A DNA stretch of 64,000 nt from assembly GCA_030583825.1 (NCBI GenBank), contig CP129477.1, forward strand, positions 758,294 to 822,293. The letters run 5' to 3'. Below, in pieces: positions 30,001 through 37,546 of the stretch; positions within the stretch are counted from its first letter, which is position 1; each line of letters begins with the position of its first letter. Made by a program: the position numbers and the translations under genes. The notes under the pieces were generated by a model, which did not search any database, was not told where the DNA came from, and saw nothing but the letters and a program-made list of their open reading frames with translations. The stretch comes from Candidatus Dojkabacteria bacterium. Lineage in GTDB: Bacteria; Patescibacteriota; Dojkabacteria; GCA-002793355.

Positions 30001-30339
30001 AAGATTTGATTGAACAATGACAGCGATCGGAATTCCAATTGCCGCAAGAAGTAAAATTGCGACAAAAAGCTTTGGTAAAGCTCCTGCAAGGGGGCTTCGT
30101 GAAGCCGAAACTTTCGATGTTGGTGTGTACTTATTTTTTGAGTCTGTAGGCAATGGAGGAAGTGCTCCCGCCATTGATGCGGTTGCGGGCTGAACAGGAG
30201 AAGCAGCTGGAGTTGACGGCATTGTTGCTGCAGGCTGTGTGACTACTGGTACTGGAGCAGGATTAGCTGGCGTAACAGGTGTCGTCGGCGCTGCCGGTGA
30301 ACTACCTGGAAGTGGCGGTAATGTCGTATTCTGCTCCAT
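27061..30339 (-). CDS. membrane-anchored HtrA/DegP-like (S1, trypsin-fold) serine protease with Pro-rich N- and C-terminal tails
   Basis: 1092 aa. Architecture is Pro/Thr-rich N-tail with two LPPLP motifs, TM1, a ~900-aa external region, TM2 (FILGGVGAVVVILILLFIIGLM followed by RRGKK) and a Pro/Ala/Thr-rich C-tail. The protease core shows catalytic His TNAHV and the Ser motif GNSGGP. Confidence 0.75.
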   Translation of the reverse strand: MEQNTTLPPLPGSSPAAPTTPVTPANPAPVPVVTQPAATMPSTPAASPVQPATASMAGALPPLPTDSKNKYTPTSKVSASRSPLAGALPKLFVAILLLAAIGIPIAVIVQSNLLSTQRSADGTIVVDTDNQDVKNALSKQLVYAEGGTKEYYSPNLDLLLTYSADRFSVSDSSRSVLISPYGNYEVYASLELPDKGRFADLYEYYSNYYTSIYKSTQLTEKVENEGVTSFTITYFVESITQPGVSTEYKVTVLTRREKDTDVAIVIKRQGTAVVSDAVLQDYTAILKSVVIKPEGLEANIVAQIKDAKATISFDRTMWTVNSQTESSLSLAYLSKNSSNPSITVGFSAATFRGFKEMSALEERMQKDIEFDRETYKDKEFKLLEDKAKQTINGVEFIRYTMSYVSSGYLTTRTVYLGFSPATSSTMQIRVSRMEDNDKKGDPAFAAKDLEALIGSLQFEHQTSANPFIPALAENGSGTLAQGGITTDDAAVLGASTTSTLTIEKAALMGKTATVRVFARVCSNMKVSMPDILPTASRKTYQICTAGFGTGFFVHEDGVIVTNAHVAAPNSFDTAMDAFNAGNDAGFAKDVLTDVARAYIAKYPLADLNDPTVQKQITSVASDVIAYGLVENKITAERTSQESYIQGEEPFDIDATTLKPKDPTKYLKAELVQTKELESYYEFLIEQQKAKQADASAETKEFTVNVPDLALLKISAPQGKYPTLQLGNYQTITEGSTVYAIGFPSLANNKTLFADDATTIPTITKGTVSAVKPSANSQFKLVQVDATISPGNSGGPIVNNDGRVIAVSTYGISGRVTDKNYNAGVSVEELSKFIAEQNISNSVSTVSTTFASGLDNLTKGYYQWAIRDLEAAKAAYAPIDEITAPLILLAQEKINNGEDNTPIFEISGIYIHRKDLPFILGGVGAVVVILILLFIIGLMSRRGKKPSTPQPAAAMEFPAPTPTTPLTPSMASVTTPIAPAAQPTISAADSGFIAQQPKLAETAPTIPSTPAVASTPVTEPSSPAMPASPVAAPTITPQAVVQPDIAPSSPSAPTVSDLPVPSAISDLTASTPSISTSDIAVNSEPTQPQGGAI

Positions 30340-30672
30340 GCGAAAAATTTCTAATTTAAGTGAAGGATTTTTGATCCATATATTAGTGTCAGTATAGCAA
30401 AAGCACCTGAATGTGAAAAGGAAAATTGAGAGGAAAAGCGAAAGAAAAGTATTATTCTGTTAAGAAAATGATTCTTTTTAAATATACTCTACTTTTACTC
30501 CCAATTCCCGATTCTAATGTTGAGTTAGAAATATTGACGCGAGAACCTCTTTTTAGGTAAAATAAGAATAGTTATTCTATATTGATAGCTGCAAACTGGT
30601 CTGAAGTTGAAATGCAGAAAGGCTCTACTGCGGGGCACTAGTAGACTGAAATCACTTTCAGTATCCAACGTG

Positions 30673-31116
30673 TTACGATGAGGGGGTGCCGTCCCTCCAA
30701 CTCCAGTTCAGTTTATAGTTATTAAAATATTTTTTGTTTCTAACCCGAAAACAAGTTACAAGAAAATATTTTCCTTCAAGCTTTTCTATCGCACAGGTGA
30801 ATATTTGTTCCTTGAAGGTTTTTACAAACAAAAAGTCTCCTCGTTTTTTGTCCTTATTTAAGTATATTTGGTCAGGGTAGCGCACGATGTCAGTCATATT
30901 AAATAGAATAAAGTCGTATTCTTCGGCTGTTCTTTTATCGTAAAGATGCTTTAGCGCTTTTGTTGTCACTACAACTACGAGTTTGTGAGTTTCTGTATTG
31001 TCTAATACATTTCTTACTATTTTTGTGATATAGCAAACGCTTATTTCTGCCAAAGCAACAAATGCATGATACTCTGTTCTGTAAATATATTTCTGATGAA
31101 AAGTTTTTAGCTGCAT
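30673..31116 (-). CDS. hypothetical protein (147 aa)
   Basis: ORF upstream of the HtrA-like gene on the same strand. No motif recognised. Confidence 0.4.
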   Translation of the reverse strand: MQLKTFHQKYIYRTEYHAFVALAEISVCYITKIVRNVLDNTETHKLVVVVTTKALKHLYDKRTAEEYDFILFNMTDIVRYPDQIYLNKDKKRGDFLFVKTFKEQIFTCAIEKLEGKYFLVTCFRVRNKKYFNNYKLNWSWRDGTPSS

Positions 31117-31260
31117 CCGTTATTTTATTGTTGGAATTATGATTAAAAGTTAGTAATTCTTTATGCCTAAACTCCATTAAAGAATGTTGAATCGTGAAAC
31201 TACACAATCTTCAAAACTTATGTTATGCTGTTCACAGTTAATATCTAATGAACTGCCACC

Positions 31261-33282
31261 ATGGATCTGACTGCCCAACTCTCCGCACTTCTCGGGAATA
31301 AACCTGCGTCAGGAGATACTTCTTCGCAGCCTCAAGCAACACCGCCTGTTTTACCGCAGTCACCTGTTTCTTCAACAGCTGCTTCTGTCGCAACACCAGT
31401 TGCTGCAACGGCAGGATCAATTCCATCGGCAATAACAACCCCTGTAAAAGATTCATCAACTCCGACGCTTGCAACGGCTTCTGTGCCAGCACCACAATTG
31501 CCTACCTCTGCAGACACAAATGCACCAGCCTCGCCTGTAAGTACAATAACCGAACCACCGATACCACCAGCCACTGCTCCGATACTTCCACCATTGCCGT
31601 CAACATCTACAGTTTCTTCCTCAACCCCACCTGTGGCTACTGATACACAAAATAAGGATCAGAATACTCCAGCAACCCTTGAGGCAGAAAAGAAGTCAGA
31701 ATTACCACCTCTTCCAGCACAAGCTGCTCCTTTAGAAGATACAAATCAGAATAAAGAGCCAGCCACTTCCTCTCTACCGGAGAAACCAAAGGATCCTGTT
31801 GCAGACTTGCCTACACCTCCACAGCCCCCATTAAGCGATGTCGCAAAAGAAACAAAAAATGAAAATCCTCTTGAAAAAGCTGAAAAGAAAATAGATTCGG
31901 CACTACCTCCGCTTCCTGATACAGCAACACCGAATACATCACCTTCAACACCTCTAGAAGTGGACAAGAAAAATGAGCTTCCTCCCCTTCCGGAGACGAA
32001 AGATCAAATTCAAAAACTTGAAGAGAAGTCATCATCGGCAGAAGTAAAAGAAATAAAAACGGATGTCACAGAGCCTCAAGACGCAAAGCCTGAGGAAAAG
32101 GAAAAAACAGAAATACCAGTAATAGTTGCGCCTGCTAAAACTGAAGAGGCTCCAAAAGCTGAAAAAGTTGCAGTACCTGAATTGCCAAAAGTAGAGCCTC
32201 CAAAGCCAGAACGAAAAATTGATGCTTCAAAAATGAAGTTCTGGGCAGAGTCACAAAAGACTCTTGAAGAACTTGAAAAATCATGGAATGCTCGAGTTAT
32301 TGCTGTATATATTCCAATGAATGGCAAACTTTCAAACGCGACCGTGAACGAAATGCATTACCATGTTTCACGTCTTGGAAAAGAAGGAAAAGTTGACCGC
32401 CTTGCGCTCGTTATTTACGGCCCGGGTGGAAAAGGAACTGCAGCACTACGCTTAGTAAAAATGATCCGCTCGTATGTTAATTACCTGATCGTTGCTGTTC
32501 CAGATATTGCTGCATCGGCAATGACAATGCTTGCTGTTGGCGCAGACCAACTTGTTATGAGTCCAATTGCAATGCTCTCTCCGGTTGATACATCTGTCAC
32601 GCATCCACTTGCTCCACGATCTCATGGGCAATCAAACATGCCAGTTTCAATCGAGATCACACAGATCAAAAAGTATCTTGAAATGGTAAAAGCTGATAAT
32701 TATCATAATTCACCGAATTTTAACGACACAGCAGAGGCAGTTCTGAGCGAACATGTTCACCCAATTGTACTTGGACATATGCAGCGTGCCGCAACGCTTT
32801 CAACAATGATTACAGAAAAGATTCTTTCAATTCACATGAAAGACAAAGCAAAAGTGGCGTTTATTGCAAAAACACTCAGTGAAGAATTTCCGTCACACGA
32901 CTTCCCTATTTTTATGGATGACGTATTGGCAATGGGATTAAACGCATCCGCGATGTCTGCGGAAGATATTGAGAAATGTGCCAGTTTATTTGAATATTAC
33001 AAAGTTCTTACAACCGATGTCTCGTCAGTAGACGGTAACAAAAAACTTATGGTCGCCCGAACTGCGGTTATTGAATCAACAGATTTGCGATCATGGTTCC
33101 ACAACGAAGAAACATTGCAGCAAAAAGAAGATGGTAAATGGACACGTATGTCGGAATATCATGACTTTATGCGTGCGATTCCAATGAAAGTAAAAGAGAA
33201 TGAGTACACTGTTAAGCCCGCAACGTTTGCGCAATTTAAAGAGTGGTTGAAAAACGGCGAGGTTGAGGACAAACAGGCATAG
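31261..33282 (+). CDS. ClpP/SppA-fold serine protease (S49/SDH-like) with 340-aa Pro/Thr/Ser-rich disordered N-terminus carrying four LPPLP motifs
   Basis: 673 aa. C-terminal domain LVIYGPGGKGTAALRLVKMIRSY...IVAVPDIAASAMTMLAVGADQLVMSPIAMLSPVD aligns with the ClpP-family nucleophile-Ser region (AASAM). No TM, so predicted cytoplasmic. Confidence 0.65.
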   Translation: MDLTAQLSALLGNKPASGDTSSQPQATPPVLPQSPVSSTAASVATPVAATAGSIPSAITTPVKDSSTPTLATASVPAPQLPTSADTNAPASPVSTITEPPIPPATAPILPPLPSTSTVSSSTPPVATDTQNKDQNTPATLEAEKKSELPPLPAQAAPLEDTNQNKEPATSSLPEKPKDPVADLPTPPQPPLSDVAKETKNENPLEKAEKKIDSALPPLPDTATPNTSPSTPLEVDKKNELPPLPETKDQIQKLEEKSSSAEVKEIKTDVTEPQDAKPEEKEKTEIPVIVAPAKTEEAPKAEKVAVPELPKVEPPKPERKIDASKMKFWAESQKTLEELEKSWNARVIAVYIPMNGKLSNATVNEMHYHVSRLGKEGKVDRLALVIYGPGGKGTAALRLVKMIRSYVNYLIVAVPDIAASAMTMLAVGADQLVMSPIAMLSPVDTSVTHPLAPRSHGQSNMPVSIEITQIKKYLEMVKADNYHNSPNFNDTAEAVLSEHVHPIVLGHMQRAATLSTMITEKILSIHMKDKAKVAFIAKTLSEEFPSHDFPIFMDDVLAMGLNASAMSAEDIEKCASLFEYYKVLTTDVSSVDGNKKLMVARTAVIESTDLRSWFHNEETLQQKEDGKWTRMSEYHDFMRAIPMKVKENEYTVKPATFAQFKEWLKNGEVEDKQA

Positions 33283-33304
33283 TTAGAAAGAAGTATTTTT
33301 TTGA

Positions 33305-33817
33305 TTAACTTTCTTCGGGTTTTATTGTACTCTGGAAAAAACTTGAGCAAATATCTTTATAAACTTGAAAAGATTGAACTTCTCCTAGCCCAGCAATTAA
33401 TAGTGCTAGATTATATAGTGCAACAAGATAGGGGACGTTTAGTCGCTTATCGCTTTCTATTTCTTCAATTCCCATAAAAGCTTTAAGGATTTGCACATGA
33501 TTATTAATTTTATCTAGCTTGAAGAAATATTTGTTCTTAAAGAAAAACCAAAATGTAATCATTATACCCAGGCGTTTATTTCCATTTGAAAAATAATGCC
33601 CTTTTATAATAGCTGTAAATAAATAACCTGCTTTATCATATATTGTTGGATAGTAATCATTATTCTTTGCTAATTGTAATACGCCATTCAATCTCTTAAA
33701 TCCTTCCTGGTCTGCTCCATAATCAATTGCTGGGTTATCCGGACTATCTAATATTTCTTTAATATATTGAAAAATGAACTCTAAATCAGCTTCATTAATA
33801 TAGGAAATTTTCCTCAT
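33305..33817 (-). CDS. Fic/Doc family protein (death-on-curing-like toxin)
   Basis: 170 aa containing HYFSNGNKR, the Doc variant of the Fic motif (HPFVDGNKR in Doc). Confidence 0.7.
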   Translation of the reverse strand: MRKISYINEADLEFIFQYIKEILDSPDNPAIDYGADQEGFKRLNGVLQLAKNNDYYPTIYDKAGYLFTAIIKGHYFSNGNKRLGIMITFWFFFKNKYFFKLDKINNHVQILKAFMGIEEIESDKRLNVPYLVALYNLALLIAGLGEVQSFQVYKDICSSFFQSTIKPEES

Positions 33818-33960
33818 TTTTCAGACAAGACAATCAATAATGGACGAAAAGTATCTATCATTTTTTTGATTTTTTTCTGAGAAGAGGCTTTAGAAGTAAT
33901 GACTTTTCTTAAGTCAGTAAGATTAGGATGCGCTTTCTCTTTTGGCTTGTTAATTGTCAT
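33814..33960 (-). CDS. small Lys-rich protein (48 aa), putative antitoxin partner of the Doc-like gene
   Basis: Hand-translated MTINKPKEKAHPNLTDLRKVITSKASSQKKIKKMIDTFRPLLIVLSEK. Its stop overlaps the Doc start by ATGA. TGATATAAT lies 5 nt upstream of its ATG. Not in the ORF track because it is under 60 aa. Confidence 0.4.
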   Translation of the reverse strand: MTINKPKEKAHPNLTDLRKVITSKASSQKKIKKMIDTFRPLLIVLSEK

Positions 33961-34004
33961 AGAAGATTATATCACTTTTAGTGTGACACCATCTCTAAAC
34001 CACT

Positions 34005-36689
34005 CTACGCTTCCACGACCTTTGCCTCAGTGACTTCTCCTCCGCAGAGTGATGTCACAAGCGTGGTAAGCTCCTGCAATGCTTTTTCAATAGCAGAGCT
34101 TTCAATTCCTGGATAGCCATCAATAAAAAGAATGACATTTTCAGTATCGTTCGTTATTTTTGTTCGATCTGAATCACGATAGTTCAAATTCAGGCAAATC
34201 ACACCCTTTTGGTCAGCATAGACAAGAGATCCACTTTTTGCAGTCTCCGGTTCGCTTTCGCCGATTTTATACATAGTTTCATTGTCAGCGGCATAACGAA
34301 GCGTTATTGGTTTTGAAACTGTGTCGTAGTCGTATGCAGCCATTGGAAGTCCAAGCTCGATTGACTTGATATTGTAAGAATCAACAAGGTTATTCACGTT
34401 ATACAAGTCTTTGCCTGCAACAATTCTGCGAATCAATGCCTCTGCACTATTTAACGTGCTGTCAGGGTCTGCTCCGAATGCTTTGTACATATCCCGAATT
34501 TGAGAGATACTCGCAATTTTCTTAACTTCTGCAGGAGTTGAGTACTGTCCTCGAACTTTTGCTGTAATTTCGTCTCGAAATGTAGTAAATATTTCACTTT
34601 TCAAGTGAGAGCCTTTTTCGATTTTGATATTTTTTACAACTGCGTATCCAACTTTAAATCCTGGAAAGTTTTGGGAAACAGCAGGATCAATTTGCAATAC
34701 TGTCCCACTTTTAGGCGAGTCAGATAACGAAGAGGAACTATCTTTTCCTGGTTGTTCTGGTATAGCGCTATTTTTAAAGACAAACTCCTGCCCTTCCTTT
34801 CCGGTATACTTTTCTGGATCCAGAATCATAATGCCTTCTGCATCGGTGCCGAGACTAAGTTCTTTTGCGGAACAAAGCATTCCTTCTGATTTAACTCCAC
34901 GCATATTGCGATGAGTAATCACCAGAGCATTGCCATCTTTGCCTTTCATTGTTTCGATCTTTGCACCTTCCAAAGCAACAGGAACATAATCTCCTACGCG
35001 AATATTGTGGGCTCCGGTAATAATTTGTAGCACGTTTGGAAATGTCGTACCTGATGGTTTTGATCGCTTTACATTCACTTTTGTTACTAACAATTTGTCA
35101 GCATTTGGGTGCATTGCAATCTCGACGATTTGGCCAACAACAAAGCGTGATTCTGGCATTGTATTGGTTTCTGTAAACAATTCCGGGTAAATTTCTTTTG
35201 TAATTTCTTCGGTCTCATGGCGCATCTGCGGGAAGATTGTTCCTTCTCGTGCGGTAATGTCTTCAAAAAACCAGAAAATTCTTTCACTGTGGCCATACCC
35301 ACATGTTGGAGGCATGCCATATTCAAGCATTTCGCAAAAGTCTACATCAAGCATTTGTGCTTCGTCGTCGCCAGAATCACGAAGGCTCTGCTGGTCAAGA
35401 AAGCTTTGCAACTGATCCAACGGATCGTTCTTTTCTGAATAGCCATTACCAAGTTCGCTTCCCGCAAGAATGACATGAAAACGCTCTGTAACCAATGGAT
35501 TATCGGGTTTTGCTTTTGCAAGCGGTGACATAAACATTGGCTCATTAATCAAAAATGCCGGGCCGGAGAGTGTTTTTCGAATAAGTTTCCACAAATTGTC
35601 AATCATTCTGTTGCGGTTTACGTGGCCACTGGAAAGGTCAACCCCTTCTTTTTCGATAACTTTTGCAATTTTTTCATCCGAGTCGGCAAAGATATCAACG
35701 TCGAAGCGCTCTTTAATGATGCCGGCATAGTCAATTGTTTGCCATTCGTCTGCGAGATCAAAGCTGTGTCCTCGAGTTGAAAACTTCGTGGTTCCGTATA
35801 CTTCATTTGCGACATAGCGGAACATTTCCTTTGTTAGTTGCATTCCTTCGTTATAGTCGGCATATGCCCAATACCACTCAAGCTGGTAGTATTCCTGCAA
35901 GTGCTCGTCGCTGATCCCTTCGTTTCGGAAGTTTGGAGCAAGTGTGTAAATTTTCTCGTATCCTGCGCCAATTAAGCGTTTTTGATACAGCTCTGTGGAG
36001 ATTCTCAAGAAAAAGTCTTGGTCTAAATCGTTGTGATGAGTAATAAATGGTCGAGCGTCTGCTCCACCGGTAACGTGCTCAAGTACCGGAGTTTCCACTT
36101 CTATAAAGCCATTCATTTTCATAAACTCACGGTTTGCTGCCCAGAATTTTGCTTTTCGTTCAAATCGCTCTTTTATTCCCGGAGTGACCATAATGTCCAA
36201 ATAGCGGCGCCGAAACCGTTGTTCTTTGTCCAGAAGTTTCCGTGGCGCTGGTCGTAAGGATTTTGTAAGAAGCACAATGCCTGTCACTAGAAGGGATACC
36301 TCTCCACGTTGGGTTTTTGTAACAGTTCCTGTCGCCTGAATAAAGTCACCATCGTCTAAAAGTTCAAGCTCTTCCCATCCGAGAATGCTTTTTGACAAAT
36401 CACTTTTGATTGTGTCGTCTTTTATGTAAAGCTGGATTTTGCCAGTTTGGTCGGTTAAGTCCATAAATACAATTTTGCCGTGATCGCGTCTGGAAGTAAT
36501 ACGTCCTGCAAGGGTAACGGTTTTTTCTGCGTGTGTTTCGTAGTGTTCGGTAATTTCTGCCTGAGAATATTCTTTTACAGATCGTGCGGGAAATGGATCA
36601 ATGCCAAGTGACTTCAACTTCTTCAGCTTGAGCATACGTTCATTGCGTTGGCCGATAAGAGAGCTGGTCAGTTCTACACTGTCTGACAT
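34005..36689 (-). CDS. lysS: lysyl-tRNA synthetase (class II) fused to C-terminal tRNA-binding (EMAP/Trbp111-like) and B3/4-like domains
   Basis: 894 aa. N-terminal OB anticodon-binding domain plus class II core (FRNEGISDEHLQEYYQLEWY, GYGHSERIFWF). Residues about 520-640 carry MHPNADKLLV...GMLCSAKELSLG, typical of the tRNA_bind OB domain. The remainder resembles the PheT B3/4 domain. Confidence 0.85.
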   Translation of the reverse strand: MSDSVELTSSLIGQRNERMLKLKKLKSLGIDPFPARSVKEYSQAEITEHYETHAEKTVTLAGRITSRRDHGKIVFMDLTDQTGKIQLYIKDDTIKSDLSKSILGWEELELLDDGDFIQATGTVTKTQRGEVSLLVTGIVLLTKSLRPAPRKLLDKEQRFRRRYLDIMVTPGIKERFERKAKFWAANREFMKMNGFIEVETPVLEHVTGGADARPFITHHNDLDQDFFLRISTELYQKRLIGAGYEKIYTLAPNFRNEGISDEHLQEYYQLEWYWAYADYNEGMQLTKEMFRYVANEVYGTTKFSTRGHSFDLADEWQTIDYAGIIKERFDVDIFADSDEKIAKVIEKEGVDLSSGHVNRNRMIDNLWKLIRKTLSGPAFLINEPMFMSPLAKAKPDNPLVTERFHVILAGSELGNGYSEKNDPLDQLQSFLDQQSLRDSGDDEAQMLDVDFCEMLEYGMPPTCGYGHSERIFWFFEDITAREGTIFPQMRHETEEITKEIYPELFTETNTMPESRFVVGQIVEIAMHPNADKLLVTKVNVKRSKPSGTTFPNVLQIITGAHNIRVGDYVPVALEGAKIETMKGKDGNALVITHRNMRGVKSEGMLCSAKELSLGTDAEGIMILDPEKYTGKEGQEFVFKNSAIPEQPGKDSSSSLSDSPKSGTVLQIDPAVSQNFPGFKVGYAVVKNIKIEKGSHLKSEIFTTFRDEITAKVRGQYSTPAEVKKIASISQIRDMYKAFGADPDSTLNSAEALIRRIVAGKDLYNVNNLVDSYNIKSIELGLPMAAYDYDTVSKPITLRYAADNETMYKIGESEPETAKSGSLVYADQKGVICLNLNYRDSDRTKITNDTENVILFIDGYPGIESSAIEKALQELTTLVTSLCGGEVTEAKVVEA

Positions 36690-36997
36690 GACATGATCAA
36701 ATAAAGTTAGTAAGAGGCTGTTTTGAGTAATATTACAGCACTGTGTATTTTACCCGAATTTGGGACAAAAACGCAATGTCTCTTATAAACTCTCGACAAA
36801 CGCGCTATAAATTGATTTCGACCCCCAAATATTGTATAATATAGTGTATTTTCACACAGTTTTTGAGAGAATACTTTTCGTGCCTCAAGGCACATTAAAA
36901 ATGGGGGAAACAATATACAACGCGTATCTTTCGTGATTTGTCATGCTCATGTGTCGCAGCAATTGTGAGCCATGGGAATCGAGCTCGTATAAGGCGC

Positions 36998-37028
36998 TTG
37001 ACAAATACTATAAGATATGTAATAATAT
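36998..37028 (+). promoter_or_regulatory. consensus sigma70 promoter (TTGACA-17-AATAAT/TAATAT), copy 1
   Basis: TTGACAAATACTATAAGATATGTAATAATATACTGTAC. A near-identical copy lies 191 nt downstream. Confidence 0.5.
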
Positions 37029-37188
37029 ACTGTACTTCAACAGAGATCTGGTCTTCTCAAATTATCCGAGAAGATGTCGTTTCCGGTATTTTGCCCCTTA
37101 AAAATATACCGTACTACTACTCTGCTTGCTTGTAAGAATCCCTCAAAGAAATGTTAAAACGCAATGCTTTTATTGCATATAAAAGTCA

Positions 37189-37219
37189 TTGACAAATACT
37201 ACAGGATATGTAATAATAT
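37189..37219 (+). promoter_or_regulatory. consensus sigma70 promoter, copy 2 (TTGACAAATACTACAGGATATGTAATAATATACTGTAC)
   Basis: 38 of 40 nt identical to copy 1. Followed by short hairpins (AATCTTC/GAAGATT and CAACC-GCAA-GGTTG) and then leader repeat A. Confidence 0.5.
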
Positions 37220-37368
37220 ACTGTACCTCAAAAGGAAAGAGAAAGAAGAGAAGAATCTTCAAAAAGAAGATTGATCTGTTCTTTTTCGCAAGAAAATGAA
37301 CGAACTTTGAAACCGGTATTTCAACTTAAGAGTCAACCGCAAGGTTGCGAATAAGATTGAAAACCAAT

Positions 37369-37546
37369 GGCTTCTGGGAAGTGAAAGTTGAACAAGCTGA
37401 TGTCAGAAAGCTTAGAGGGTTTTCGAAAGAGAACTTTGTAAGCTTTCTGGCTGATGCTAGACTGAAACGGAATCGCGTAAGCGAAACCTCATCCTCTTGT
37501 AGGATGGTAATACCCCTGTCCAATTTTTCACTAAGGAGATTTCAAA
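37369..37546 (+). repeat. leader repeat A: ~180-nt promoter/5'-UTR module ending in the RBS AAGGAG, 7 nt before the ATG of the 296-aa gene
   Basis: Over 98% identical to 38654-38833. Contains the 11-bp stem CAGAAAGCTTA/TAAGCTTTCTG with a 24-nt loop, flanked by the direct repeats GCTGATGT/GCTGATGC. A second hairpin CATCCT-cttgt-AGGATG precedes the RBS. Confidence 0.7.

Noticed and set aside
30601-30720. Structured-looking stretch (GGGGCAC...GTGCCGTCCC and hairpin ACTGAAA-TCAC-TTTCAGT at 30645-30662) examined as a possible tRNA or other ncRNA
   Set aside because: No cloverleaf could be built. No T-loop (GTTCRA) or D-loop consensus. The hairpin is AT-rich and lies just downstream of the 147-aa gene stop, so it is more simply a weak terminator.
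37326-37523. 65-aa minus-strand ORF (and its twin at 38597..38809) that looked like a duplicated small gene
   Set aside because: Both lie entirely within the near-identical leader repeats that carry the promoter, hairpins and RBS of the downstream + strand genes. The amino-acid conservation simply mirrors the nucleotide repeat, so these are most likely non-coding.
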